64,000 bases of DNA. It comes from an uncultured cyanobacterium (GTDB taxonomy: Bacteria; Cyanobacteriota; Cyanobacteriia; Cyanobacteriales; Nostocaceae). Made by a program: the position numbers and the translations under genes. Positions 30,417 through 41,184 of this stretch are shown piece after piece; within the stretch, counting starts at the first letter, position 1; every line of letters begins with the position of its first letter. Location: the NCBI GenBank assembly GCA_963740315.1, contig CAVUDP010000001.1:768001-832000 (forward strand), in the 5' to 3' direction. Under the pieces are notes generated by a model. That model searched no databases, was not told the DNA's origin, and was given only the letters and a program-made list of their open reading frames with translations.

Positions 30417-31073
30417 TTACAAATTATCAATTAAAGAAATTATTTCTTGTAAATCAGTTATAAAATAATCGGCTTCTTGTTTAACTTTTTCTCTGACAGC
30501 ATATCTACCAAACCCGATAAATAGATCGACAACAGATTTACTTTCTAAATCGCTGACACCATCACCGATCGCGACAATTTTGTCAGGTGAATATTTATCT
30601 CGTAAACTTTTGACTACTTCGGGTTTACCGCCGGAGCGCGTTGAGGGATAATTGCGATCGAAGTCGCGATAGCTGCCATCTTCGTTAAAATAAAGGTCAA
30701 CGGCTTCGATTAATTCCACACCAAGATAATCGGCTAAAGGTTTGATTGCTTGACGATAACCACCGCTTAAAATAATTGGTGTCCATCCTCGATTTTTCAA
30801 AGTTGTAATTACTTGCTTTGCGGAAGGTTCAACTGTATCGATATATAACTGACCAACTTTTGAGACAGAATCAGTAGATGGTTGAATAATTTCTAAACGT
30901 CGTGCAAAGATACTTTCTAAAGTGATTTTACCTTCCATCGCTGCCTCTGTCATCTTTTCAATTTCTTGAGTTGCTTCCTCACCAGCAACACGGGCTAACT
31001 CATCAACTCCTTCGATACTGCTCAAAGTACTGTCGCAATCAAAAATAATAATCTTGTCGTGTTGCTTTGTCAT
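30417..31073 (-). CDS. HAD-IB phosphatase, phosphoserine phosphatase-like
   Basis: FDCDSTL, GVDELA, LSGG, GKP, IGDGVSDLE. Confidence 0.85.
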   Translation of the reverse strand: MTKQHDKIIIFDCDSTLSSIEGVDELARVAGEEATQEIEKMTEAAMEGKITLESIFARRLEIIQPSTDSVSKVGQLYIDTVEPSAKQVITTLKNRGWTPIILSGGYRQAIKPLADYLGVELIEAVDLYFNEDGSYRDFDRNYPSTRSGGKPEVVKSLRDKYSPDKIVAIGDGVSDLESKSVVDLFIGFGRYAVREKVKQEADYFITDLQEIISLIDNL

Positions 31074-31128
31074 ATCTCCAAAACCCATAACCATGAGAAT
31101 CTTATCAATATTTGGTTGTTAGTGGTTA

Positions 31129-31257
31129 AAGGTTTGTAGTAAGGGCATCGGCTCCCTCTTCTCTGAGGACTAAAGTCCCTACTACGAACTAAGAAAGGTT
31201 TGTAGTAAGGGCATCGGTTCCCCTCTTCTCTGAGGACTAAAGTCCCTACTACGAACC
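31129..31257. repeat. Tandem pair of GTAG REP-like units
   Basis: Two near-identical copies of AAGGTTTGTAGTAAGGGCATCGG..TGAGGACTAAAGTCCCTACTACGAAC. Confidence 0.85.
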
Positions 31258-31340
31258 AAGTAATATGCACTCCCTATCTTGATAATTGATAATTGTATGA
31301 CGCTATTGCGCCACGCTTCGCTAACATTGATAATTAATAA

Positions 31341-33290
31341 ATGCGATTTTTATCTTTATTTTTTGCTACTCTGCTTGCAGTAATCTTACTACCTATCCCG
31401 ATGGTTGCTGCTGTTACTCCGATTATTCCTGGAGACAATCTCGTTGTTGAGGGAATTCCGCCGATTCCTGGGGATTTAGCTCAGAAAGTCGAACGCTATA
31501 CTCAATTTCGCTCTGCTGGTATCTCTAGCTGGCACCCCACAAAACGTGAAATGCTGATTTCCACGCGGTTTGGGGATACAAGCCAAGTTCATTTGGTTAA
31601 ATCTCCCTTCGGTACTCGTCAACAATTAACGTTCTTTCCCGAACCCGTTCGCGGTGCGAGTTTTCAACCTACCGATGGTAATTATTTTGTCTTTAGTAAA
31701 GATATTGGCGGTAATGAATTTAACCAAAACTATCGCTATGATTTGGATACCGGAGAAACGACTTTATTAACCGATGGTACATCAAAAAACAGCGGTGGCG
31801 TATGGTCTAATAAAGGCGATCGCATCATCTACACTTCTACTCGTCGCACTGGTAATGATGCCGATTTTTACATTATCGATCCGCAAAATCCCGCAAGCAA
31901 TAAGTTACTAACCGAAAATGAAGGTGGTGGTTGGTACGGTTTGGATTTCTCGCCGGATGATGTTAAGTTTTTAGCGTTACAATATGTTTCTGTTAATGAA
32001 AGTTATCTATGGTTGGTAGATACTTTCACGGGTGAGAAAAAACGGCTATTACCCAAAGCAGGTGAGGAAAAGATTTCTTACGATGGCGCTTATTTTAGTA
32101 AGGATGGCAAAGGTTTATATGTAATTTGCGATCGCGATTCCGAGTTTGCCCGGCTAGCTTATGTTGAACTCGATACTTTGCAGCATACCTATCTGAGCAA
32201 AAAGTTTCGTTGGGATGTTACCGATTTTGACCTTTCCGATGATGGTAATTTTCTCGCTTTTGTCACTAATGAAGATGGAACTGGAGTATTACATATATTA
32301 AATACTGCTAGCCGTCGTTTTAAACGTTTACCAAAGCTTCCTGTTGGGCAAATTTACGGTATTCGATGGCATAATAACAACCAAGATTTAGGCTTTACGC
32401 TGATTTCAGCCAAATATACCGCCGATGCTTATTCTTTGAATATTCGCAACAATAAAGTTCAACGCTGGACTCAAAGCGAAACTGGCGGTTTAAATACTAG
32501 CAGCTTCTCAGATGCTGAATTGGTAAGGTGGAAGAGTTTCGACGGTAGAACAATTTCCGGCTTTTTATATCGTCCTCCCGCTAAGTTTACAGGTAAACGC
32601 CCGGTAATAATTAACATTCACGGCGGTCCCGAATCGCAATTTAGACCTTCTTTCCTCGGACGTTATAATTACTACCTGAATGAATTGGGGGTTGCAGTTT
32701 TATTTCCTAACGTGCGGGGTTCGACTGGATACGGTAAAACTTTTACTAAGTTAGATAACGGGTTTCGTCGGGAAGATTCTGTTAAGGATATCGGTGCGTT
32801 ACTTGATTGGATAGCGACGCAACCGCAATTAGATGCAAATAAAATTTTAGTTACCGGGGGAAGTTACGGTGGCTATATGTCTTTAGCTGTAGCGACGAAA
32901 TACAGCGATAAAATCAAAGCTGCAATTGATATTGTTGGTATTTCCAATTTTGTGACTTTTCTCGAAAATACTAAAGGTTATCGAAGAGATTTACGAAGAG
33001 TGGAATATGGAGACGAAAGAGATCCGAAAATGCGCGAGTTTCTCCAAAAGATTTCTCCTACAAATAATGCCGATAATATTAAAGTGCCGTTATTTGTGAT
33101 TCACGGTAAAAATGACCCCAGAGTACCGTTAATTGAAGCCGAACAAATAGTAAAAACGGTGAGAAAGAATGAAGTACCAGTGTGGTATTTAATGGCGAAA
33201 GATGAGGGGCATGGGTTTAGTAAAAAGAAGAATATTGACTTTCAATTTTATTCTACGGTAATGTTTATTAAGGAGTTTTTGATGAAATAG
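31341..33290 (+). CDS. S9 family prolyl oligopeptidase / acylaminoacyl peptidase
   Basis: Signal peptide, beta-propeller, IHGGPE, GGSYGG, NDPRV, EGHGF. Confidence 0.92.
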   Translation: MRFLSLFFATLLAVILLPIPMVAAVTPIIPGDNLVVEGIPPIPGDLAQKVERYTQFRSAGISSWHPTKREMLISTRFGDTSQVHLVKSPFGTRQQLTFFPEPVRGASFQPTDGNYFVFSKDIGGNEFNQNYRYDLDTGETTLLTDGTSKNSGGVWSNKGDRIIYTSTRRTGNDADFYIIDPQNPASNKLLTENEGGGWYGLDFSPDDVKFLALQYVSVNESYLWLVDTFTGEKKRLLPKAGEEKISYDGAYFSKDGKGLYVICDRDSEFARLAYVELDTLQHTYLSKKFRWDVTDFDLSDDGNFLAFVTNEDGTGVLHILNTASRRFKRLPKLPVGQIYGIRWHNNNQDLGFTLISAKYTADAYSLNIRNNKVQRWTQSETGGLNTSSFSDAELVRWKSFDGRTISGFLYRPPAKFTGKRPVIINIHGGPESQFRPSFLGRYNYYLNELGVAVLFPNVRGSTGYGKTFTKLDNGFRREDSVKDIGALLDWIATQPQLDANKILVTGGSYGGYMSLAVATKYSDKIKAAIDIVGISNFVTFLENTKGYRRDLRRVEYGDERDPKMREFLQKISPTNNADNIKVPLFVIHGKNDPRVPLIEAEQIVKTVRKNEVPVWYLMAKDEGHGFSKKKNIDFQFYSTVMFIKEFLMK

Positions 33291-33353
33291 GGCATTGTAA
33301 GATAATTATGATGTCAATTGTCCCATGTTTTTTTATTATTAGGACTTAGGTAA

Positions 33354-33386
33354 GCCCCCCTTAAATAAGGGGGGTTGGGGGGATCT
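33354..33386. repeat. C6/G6 palindromic repeat (GCCCCCCTT..AAGGGGGGTTGGGGGGATCT)
   Basis: Same family at ~40960-41024 and 59867-59899. Confidence 0.75.
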
Positions 33387-33470
33387 GAACGTCTGAAATA
33401 CTAGTTTTCCCTTACTATTATTATTAAAAAGCTGTTTAATAGTTTATAGATGATATTTTGGGTGTGATAA

Positions 33471-34245
33471 ATGAAAACAGATACCCTATTTTACGAATTG
33501 ATTAGGGAATTACCACAAGTGTTTTTTGAACTTATAGGTAAACCTGAAACAAATTTAGAAAACTACTCTTTTACAGTACCAGAAGTTAAGCAGCAATCAT
33601 TTCGGTTAGACGGTTTATTTTCTACTTTAAAAGGATTTGAAAACGAACCGCTGTATTTTGTTGAACTGCCTGCCTTATAAAGACGAGGAATTTTACGAAC
33701 GGTTATTTGGGGAAATCTTTGTTTATTTTCGTCAATATAAACCTGCTAATTCTCAATGGTATGCAATTGTTATTTATGATAGGCGCAGTCATGAAACTGA
33801 ACCACATCCGCGCTATCAGCTTTTAATAGAAAATTATGTACGTCGTATTTACCTTAATGAGCTATCGAATGATGATTCTTTAGAAATTGGAATAGTCAAG
33901 TTACTTGCTGAAACTCCAACCAAGACTACGCCATTAGCTCAAAAATTGGTTAATAAAGCAAAGACAGAATTAACAGATGAAAGCATTCAACAGAAAGTGC
34001 TAGCATTTATCCAAAGCATTATAGTTTATAAATTCCCCAATCTGACTCAGGAGGAAATCGAAGCCATGTTTGATTTAGGTGAAGATATCAAAAACACTGG
34101 TTACTATCAAAGTATTTTGAAAAAAACTAAGTTACAAGTTGTTCCAAGTCTTGTTGAGAAAGGACTTAGTATTCAGGAGATTGCTGAAATGTTTGAATTG
34201 GATGTTGAAGAAGTTAGAAAAGTAGCAAGAGGAGAATTGCAATAA
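33471..34245 (+). pseudogene. Frameshifted Rpn/DUF2887-family gene
   Basis: MKTDTLFY..FRLDGLF..YFVE in one frame, YKDEEFYERLF onward in the next; shift at ~33668-33675. Confidence 0.85.
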
Positions 34246-34345
34246 GTCATTTTACCACCTGGGAATCTGTTCCCAGGTTTATTGCTAAAAGCGTAATTAC
34301 TCCATATTCACGAATTTACATATAGCCACATTCCCAATATTTTAA

Positions 34346-34522
34346 CTAAGGTGTTGAAGGTGATGACTGCTGAACCCATCTAATATCATCTAATGCACGT
34401 TCATAATTAGAATTGTCCTTCTGTTGTTTAAAAATTTCTGCTGCTTTCTGATAGTCTGCAAGTGCTTTCTGCTTGTCTCCAAGTCTATGGTACAGCCGCC
34501 CTCGCTGGGAGTAGGCACCAAC
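34346..34522 (-). pseudogene. C-terminal TPR remnant
   Basis: Translates AYSQRGRLYHRLGDKQKALADYQKAAEIFKQQ..; no start codon. Confidence 0.65.
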
Positions 34523-34667
34523 GGTTGCGACGGAGCTTTATATTTTTTTTGAACAAATTAAAAGTATTAGCGCTTCCAAAGCAATTATCAATCCCACTCT
34601 GCTTTAAAATAGCTCATAGGTTCAATTAATCGAGCTTTACTTCTGTGATTCGTGACTTTAAAATTCA

Positions 34668-35408
34668 ATGAAACTTAGGGCTAAAATAACTACTGGTTGG
34701 AATTACCAAAAATCTAAATCATGGACGGCTCAACAACTACATGAAGCTGCTTTAAGAGATGAAAACTATCTTGAATTTCTCTCTAGTCAAATCCAGCAGC
34801 ATCAAATTAGCGATATTTATTGTTTAGATCAACTTTTTCGCAAAAACACTAGAGGCTTCAAACCGCTCAAGAAATTTGTTGCTACCTTAAGTGAAATTGA
34901 AGGCGATCGCGATCTGACTTGTCACATTGATGTTTTTGCCTATAGTTTTCTCAAACAAGCTAAGAATTTTGATTGGATATTACCCTTTGAGATTAAAAAC
35001 AACAAAGAGTTTATCGAAACAATCCGCAACTGGTTGGGGATTATCAGGCAACTTGAAAATTTCGAGCGGTTTGGTCACGATCTTCCACAATCATTAGCTA
35101 GCAAGTATTTAGCTCTCAGACAAATTATTTCGAGGCTCTCGGTGCGGGATGAAATTAGAACTTTAGCAATTTTGTTAATTAGCGGTCCTTCAACTTTAAA
35201 GGAAATATCTGAAGATTTAGGACTTCACTATAGTATGGGAGTTAGAAGTATTGCTGTTTTTATAAATATAGAAATTGTCAAACAATCGGGACAAATCTAT
35301 CACATTTGCCCTGAATTCTTACCTGTAGTAATCTTTTGTATTCGCGAAACAGTTGGCTTAGATTTACTAAGTAATTATAATTTAGAATCAGAAATAATCA
35401 ACAATTAA
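34668..35408 (+). CDS. Hypothetical protein with probable C-terminal winged-helix
   Basis: ILLISGPSTLKEISEDLGL.....RSIAVF....IV......Y pattern; N-terminus unrecognised. Confidence 0.65.
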   Translation: MKLRAKITTGWNYQKSKSWTAQQLHEAALRDENYLEFLSSQIQQHQISDIYCLDQLFRKNTRGFKPLKKFVATLSEIEGDRDLTCHIDVFAYSFLKQAKNFDWILPFEIKNNKEFIETIRNWLGIIRQLENFERFGHDLPQSLASKYLALRQIISRLSVRDEIRTLAILLISGPSTLKEISEDLGLHYSMGVRSIAVFINIEIVKQSGQIYHICPEFLPVVIFCIRETVGLDLLSNYNLESEIINN

Positions 35409-35434
35409 ACCGTTCTTTACTAATAATCAACACT

Positions 35435-36349
35435 TTGACGATGGAAGACATACAAAAAGCCATAACAAAGCCTGAATTTTTAATTTATTTATTAATTTAT
35501 TTAGGGACAATTATTGGCACTCAACTGCTCTACTCACTAGGTATTTACTTACGTCAGAGTAGGACTAATAAACGACGTTTTGCTCGCGGTTTACCAGGAA
35601 CAATATTAATTCACCATGCAGAAAAACAATCCTCTCGTCGCATTGATGTTTTAATTCAAAACTTTCTTCTATTAGCTTCAGTTTTTATTGTTCCTTTTTT
35701 GTTAGTTTCTATCAGTTCTCTTGAGGATGCGGATAAAAGTAGCTTACTTCTGGTTTTTGTCCTTTTATTAATTTGGATTTTCGTTAACGGCACCGATTTG
35801 ATTAAAGCCTTTTTCAACGGTCTAGCTTTCAAAACTATTACTGCTTTTACACAGCCTTTTCAAATTGGCGATCGCGTTAATCTTAAAGGTGTTAAAGGTA
35901 AAGTAGTTAAGTTTAATACTTTTTTTGTCGTCTTGATAACACCTGATGACGATCTTATTAGTATACCTACTCATACCCTTTGGAATGAAGTTTTAAACTC
36001 TGCTAATTCTGGCAGTCGTTCTTCTTTGTGTGTGATAAATTTTTACCTAGCTTCTTTTAATACTGCCGAGCAACGGCAGGCTGCTGAAGATACTATTTGG
36101 GATGCGATACAATCTTCTGTTTATTACGAACCTTCTTTACCGATGCAAATTTATCTGAGCCAAACTCCTGATGCCATTAAGTTGACAGCCAAAGCCTACG
36201 TCGCCTCTACTTATAACGAACCTCTTTTTAGCAGCGATGTTACTCGTGCTTTTTTAGATTTTGCTTCCAAAGCGAACATTGCTTTAGCTCCAAGTGCGTG
36301 GGAGGTAGGTGTAGAACATAGTTATGTCGCAAAAAGTAGAAAAGCTTAA
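35435..36349 (+). CDS. MscS-family mechanosensitive channel-like protein
   Basis: 3-4 N-terminal TM helices; QPFQIGDRVNL.GV.GKV......V...D...ISIP beta-domain. Confidence 0.82.
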   Translation: MTMEDIQKAITKPEFLIYLLIYLGTIIGTQLLYSLGIYLRQSRTNKRRFARGLPGTILIHHAEKQSSRRIDVLIQNFLLLASVFIVPFLLVSISSLEDADKSSLLLVFVLLLIWIFVNGTDLIKAFFNGLAFKTITAFTQPFQIGDRVNLKGVKGKVVKFNTFFVVLITPDDDLISIPTHTLWNEVLNSANSGSRSSLCVINFYLASFNTAEQRQAAEDTIWDAIQSSVYYEPSLPMQIYLSQTPDAIKLTAKAYVASTYNEPLFSSDVTRAFLDFASKANIALAPSAWEVGVEHSYVAKSRKA

Positions 36350-36361
36350 ATAACTTTCTAG

Positions 36362-39300
36362 TTATTTACAGAGGTTCTTCTCGCTTTCTTTAGCATTGGA
36401 TTCAAGATAATCTTTTACTTGTAGGCAAGCAGCCTTCATTAGTTGATCTAAATCTAATTGCAACTCTCGCAAATCCCACAGGATTAACGTTCCGTAATCG
36501 CTAGCTGAGATAAGAGTTTTACCGTCAGAACTAAAACTAACACTAGTGACTGGCTTATTCTCTTCGTTTGAGGTTTGGAGTTCTTCACCATCAAGGTTCG
36601 CGTTTAAGGTTTGGAGTTCTTTACCATCAAGGTTCGCGTTTAAGGTTTGGAGTTCTTTACCATCTTTGTTAAAACTAACACTATTGACTGGCTTATTGTC
36701 TGGGTTTAAGGTTTGGAATTCTTTACCATCTTTGCTCCACCAAAGCTTTACGGTACCGTCTTCACTCGCAGTTGCAATAATTTTTCCGTTGGGGCTAAAA
36801 GCGACGCTTGAAACATTTTTATGTGCTTTGAGGGTTTTGGATTCTTCGCCATCAAGGTTCCAGAGTTTGATGGTATCATCATTACTAGCAGAGGCAATTG
36901 TTTTTCCGTCGGGACTCCAAGCTACACTCCACACCGAATCATCATGTCCCTTAAGTGTTTTGAGTTGTTGACCGTTTTTGTTCCATAGTTTAATAGTTTT
37001 ATCTTTACTACCAGAAGCAATGGTATTTCCGTCGGGACTCCAAGCTACACTGTTGACATAATCCTTATGTCCTTCGAGAGTTTTGAATACTTGACCATTT
37101 TTGTCCCATAGTTTAATAGTATAATCATCACTACCAGAGGCAATGGTTTTTCCGTTGGGACTCCAAGCTACACTCCACACCGAATCATCATGTCCTTCGA
37201 GAGTTTTGAATACTTGACCATTTTTGTTCCAGAGTTTAATTGTCTTGTCGTAACTTCCAGAAGCAATCGTCTTTCCGTCGGGACTAAAACTAAGGCTAGA
37301 AACTTCACCCGTATGTTTGATTTTTGTTGGAATCAATTTCCATTTCCCCTGCTTCAACGTCCAGATTCCGATGGTACCGTCCGCTGTACCAGCAGCAATG
37401 GTATTTCCTTTTAAGTTCCAAGCAACGCTCGAGAATAATGCTTGATTATATTCCTCAAACTTTTTAAGTTTCTTATTCGATAAGCTCCAAAGCCTGACAG
37501 TATTATCCTCGCTAGCAGTAGCTATTTTCTTTCCGTCAGGGCTGAATTTGATGCTATTGATTGAAGCGTCATGACCTTTGAGGGTTTGGAGGGGTTGTTT
37601 CTGTTCTCCTCCCCTTGTGTGCCAAATTTTAACAGTATTGTCGGCATTTGCAAACGCAATAGTATTCCCGTCGGGACTCCAAGCTATACTCCGGACGGAA
37701 TTATTACGTGTTCCAAGAGTTATGGTTTCCTCTTCCTCTATGTTCCAGAGTTTAACATTCTTATTACTAGTAAAGGCAATAGTCTTCCCGTCAGGACTAA
37801 AACTACCGCTATAAACTGTAATATTTTTACCTATGTTTTTGTCTTCTGGTATGGCTTTAACTACTTGACCATTATTAACATTCAAAAGTTTGATTTTATC
37901 ACCTTCAATAGCAGAAGCAATTGTCTTACCATCGGGGCTGAAGCTGAAACTTGTAATGTTTTCTCCATCGGCTGTAAGGTCTTTCAGAGGATTTCCTTGG
38001 CTATTCCAGAGTACAATCTTCTTATTATCCGAATATCGAGAGGCTATAGTTTTTCTGCGGGCACTCCAAGTTACATTCTTGACGGAACCATGCTTTCGGA
38101 GAGTTTTGGTTTTTTCTGACTGCAAGTTGAATATTCTAACAGTGTTTTGATCTCTAGTAAAGACAATAGTTTTGCCGTCAGGACTAAACCTATAGACTCG
38201 ATCGTTACTGCTTAGCTGTATGGTTTTAATTTCCTTGCCGTTAAGATTCCAACGTTTGATTGTACCATTTTCGCTAGCTGATACAATCTGCTTTCCGTCA
38301 CGGCTCCAAGCTACATCAAAGACTTTACCTTGATGTTTTAAACGATTTTGCTCTCTAAATCCATGTTCATAAACTGCTGCCTGTAAAGCTGTTAAAACTA
38401 AACTACGAGTTTCTTGATTTGGGCGCAATCCTTGTTTTAGTATTTGTTCCCCTGCCCTAATGGCTTCAATTAGAGCATCAAACTTGAGATTTTTATCATA
38501 TAGCATCGAGGATAATCGAATTAGAGAATAAATCTGACGTTCAAGAGCTGCTTCGGCTTTTTTCTTCTGCTTTTGGGCATTTTTCTTCTCCTCTTCAGCA
38601 TTTTTCTCAGCCTTTTCAGCGTCTTCCTGAGCTTTTAGGGCTTTTTCCTTAGCATTTAGGGCATTTTTCTTCTGCTCTTCAGCAATTGCCTTAGCTTTTA
38701 GGGCATTTTTCGTCTGAGATTCAGCATTTACCCTCTCCTGCCATGCGGATACACCAAAACCAACGGCAACCAAAAGTGCAATACTAACGGCACCAAGAAA
38801 AAACTTTTGTTTTTTAGCACTTTTTTTCTGTTCGGCTATTTTCTCCTGCTGTAAAAGCAGCATTCTTTCTTGTCGGCGTTTTTCTTCTTCTTCTGCTCGC
38901 TCAATGGCATTTTGACTGGCTTGAATAAACTCTTTCTGAATAAAATTTACAGCAGGTTTTTTCTTTTTATCTTCTGTTTCTTCTAACCAGTTTTGAGCAA
39001 TTATTAAGTTACTACCCCGCAATAATAAATCATCATTTTTATTCTTCTGCTCCCACTCTAAAGCTCTTTGTAACCACTTACTATGATTTTGGACGTGTTC
39101 TCTGTCAGTTTCAATTGTTCTGAGCAATTGATTGAAGTTAGCATTAAAATCTTTGTCATTGCTGTTAAAATCAATCCATTGCACTTTTGCTAATTCTGGA
39201 TGTAAATCGCTGGTATCTACTTCCCGATGCAGCACCGTCACAAAGCGTTTATTCAACGAAGCTGCATACTCTACTTCCGAATTACAGTAAGGCGAATTTA

Positions 39301-40804
39301 GAGAACGCGGTGAGATAATAAATACAAAATTATCGGATATTTTAATTCCTCTATTAATTTCTTGTTGAAAATCACTCCCTGATGCTATACTTTCTTGATC
39401 GAACCAAGTCGTTTTTCCCTGTAGCTGTAAAGCATCATTCAACTTTCTCGCTAAGTCTGAGTCAGCACGGGAGTAGGAAATAAACACATCGAGCGATTCT
39501 AATGGAGGTTGTTGCAGACTTGCGGCAATAAATTCTGATTGTAATGGAATGGGTGGATGCTGTGTCCTTTTTTGTGCTACTTCCAACCAAGTTTCGGCGC
39601 TGTGCAGGTTATATCCCCGTAGTAAAATACTAGGATTTTGATTTTGCTGTTGCCATTTCAAGGCTTTAGTTAACAGGATTTTATGCTCGTTGTGGTAAGC
39701 TGCATCCTCATATAATATTTTCAGTAATTCGCTTTCATCGAGTTGATAATCAGCTTCAGTAAGATTATCCGTCAAGTCAATATACTGTAAATCCTGCAAT
39801 GCAGATGGTAATTCTAAATTGTCAGTTGTTTGTACCAGCAGGGGAATAATCCGCTTATTGAATTCAACAGCTAAATCCAATTCTTGCTGAGTGTAAGTGG
39901 ATTTGACTGCATGAGGAGAAAGTAAATAAACCAAGTTATCGGCTTTTTCAATCCCCTGTTTAATCGAGTTGACAAAATCTTCCCCTGTTTTAATATCTGT
40001 CGTATTTGTCCAAACCGTAATACCTTCTCGTCTTAAACTAGCGCGAATTTTCTCCATTGTGGCTCTATCTTCCTCAGCATAGGAGAGGAATACCTGAGTC
40101 ATCAAATTATTACCATTTTTGATGCTTTCGGTAATGTATTCGCAATGCAAATCGCTGGGAAGACAAGGTGGTTGAGAATCTTTGAAGCGGATTTTCAACC
40201 AAGCTTGAGCCTTTTGCTTTTCTTCCCCAGTTAACAAGTACCTTGTTTGCTTTTGATTCCTCTCCCATTCCAAAGCTTTATTTAAAAACCTGGTATGCTG
40301 TTGTACATAATCTCTATGTAAATCAAGTAAATCAATTAAATCTGCGAGGGATTTGTCAAAATCATTTTTATCCTCTTGGAAATACACCCAGTTAATCTTA
40401 CCGATTGTCGGGTGCATATTCACAAAAGATGTGTGTTTCCCTTGTGTTTTGTATGCCTCCCAATCTTGTAAACTACCATTGGGATATCTAGAAAGCCAAG
40501 TTTCCCGATTAATTTCATCGACGTGTAATAAAGGAATAATTCGTTTATTACACTTAATCGCTAATTCTATTTCCTTAAGACAATAGGGGGAATTGATTGA
40601 ATGGGGACTAATAACAAACAAGAAAATATCAGCTTTTTCGATACCATCATCAATTTGATTTTGGAAATCAACACCCAAAGGAATATCGTTAAAATCGAAC
40701 CAAACTTCCAACCCATGTTTGTTTAAGCTAGATTGAAGTTTTAAGGCAAAATCTTTACTGTCAGCTCGTCCGTAGGAGATGAAAGCATCGAAAAATTTAG
40801 TCAT
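36362..40804 (-). CDS. Triple TIR + TM helix + coiled coil + WD40 repeat protein
   Basis: Three TIR starts (FISYGRAD, FLSYAEED, FISYSRAD) each with a later Glu helix; TM FFLGAVSIALLVAVGFGVSAW; ~14 WD40 repeats (SPDGKTIAS.S.D.TIKLW). Confidence 0.92.
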   Translation of the reverse strand: MTKFFDAFISYGRADSKDFALKLQSSLNKHGLEVWFDFNDIPLGVDFQNQIDDGIEKADIFLFVISPHSINSPYCLKEIELAIKCNKRIIPLLHVDEINRETWLSRYPNGSLQDWEAYKTQGKHTSFVNMHPTIGKINWVYFQEDKNDFDKSLADLIDLLDLHRDYVQQHTRFLNKALEWERNQKQTRYLLTGEEKQKAQAWLKIRFKDSQPPCLPSDLHCEYITESIKNGNNLMTQVFLSYAEEDRATMEKIRASLRREGITVWTNTTDIKTGEDFVNSIKQGIEKADNLVYLLSPHAVKSTYTQQELDLAVEFNKRIIPLLVQTTDNLELPSALQDLQYIDLTDNLTEADYQLDESELLKILYEDAAYHNEHKILLTKALKWQQQNQNPSILLRGYNLHSAETWLEVAQKRTQHPPIPLQSEFIAASLQQPPLESLDVFISYSRADSDLARKLNDALQLQGKTTWFDQESIASGSDFQQEINRGIKISDNFVFIISPRSLNSPYCNSEVEYAASLNKRFVTVLHREVDTSDLHPELAKVQWIDFNSNDKDFNANFNQLLRTIETDREHVQNHSKWLQRALEWEQKNKNDDLLLRGSNLIIAQNWLEETEDKKKKPAVNFIQKEFIQASQNAIERAEEEEKRRQERMLLLQQEKIAEQKKSAKKQKFFLGAVSIALLVAVGFGVSAWQERVNAESQTKNALKAKAIAEEQKKNALNAKEKALKAQEDAEKAEKNAEEEKKNAQKQKKKAEAALERQIYSLIRLSSMLYDKNLKFDALIEAIRAGEQILKQGLRPNQETRSLVLTALQAAVYEHGFREQNRLKHQGKVFDVAWSRDGKQIVSASENGTIKRWNLNGKEIKTIQLSSNDRVYRFSPDGKTIVFTRDQNTVRIFNLQSEKTKTLRKHGSVKNVTWSARRKTIASRYSDNKKIVLWNSQGNPLKDLTADGENITSFSFSPDGKTIASAIEGDKIKLLNVNNGQVVKAIPEDKNIGKNITVYSGSFSPDGKTIAFTSNKNVKLWNIEEEETITLGTRNNSVRSIAWSPDGNTIAFANADNTVKIWHTRGGEQKQPLQTLKGHDASINSIKFSPDGKKIATASEDNTVRLWSLSNKKLKKFEEYNQALFSSVAWNLKGNTIAAGTADGTIGIWTLKQGKWKLIPTKIKHTGEVSSLSFSPDGKTIASGSYDKTIKLWNKNGQVFKTLEGHDDSVWSVAWSPNGKTIASGSDDYTIKLWDKNGQVFKTLEGHKDYVNSVAWSPDGNTIASGSKDKTIKLWNKNGQQLKTLKGHDDSVWSVAWSPDGKTIASASNDDTIKLWNLDGEESKTLKAHKNVSSVAFSPNGKIIATASEDGTVKLWWSKDGKEFQTLNPDNKPVNSVSFNKDGKELQTLNANLDGKELQTLNANLDGEELQTSNEENKPVTSVSFSSDGKTLISASDYGTLILWDLRELQLDLDQLMKAACLQVKDYLESNAKESEKNLCK

Positions 40805-40937
40805 TAACGGCTTGCCTATTTTATGTAAAAATACTTAATTTTAAACTCATAAATTATAATACAACATTTGAGTGATGCGTGAGGCTACAAACCAGCGTTA
40901 CTTCGTTCAATTTTTTCTCATAGCGTCACGCAACTTA

Positions 40938-41062
40938 CAATACTACTCGGTGAAGGGGAGATCCTCCCTAACCCTCCTTAAAAAGGAGGGAACTAAGCCC
41001 CCTTTTTAAGGGGGTTTGGGGGATTTAACGATTGCGTTCAATTCCTTAACCGAGCAGTATTG
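40938..41062. mobile_element. MITE with 19-bp TIRs carrying a C/G palindromic repeat
   Basis: CAATACTACTCGGTGAAGG ... CCTTAACCGAGCAGTATTG (2 mismatches). Confidence 0.75.
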
Positions 41063-41184
41063 TCACCCACCCTACAATGGAAGTTAAAACCCAGAGGATT
41101 CTATTTAAATAACTATTCCCCATTCCCCATTCCCTATACCCTATACCCCATTCCCCATTCCCTATTCCCCATTCCCCCCGAACC

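Noticed and set aside
36546..38150. Several plus-strand ORFs inside the TIR-WD40 gene
   Set aside because: Antisense shadows of WD40 repeats with no independent coding signal
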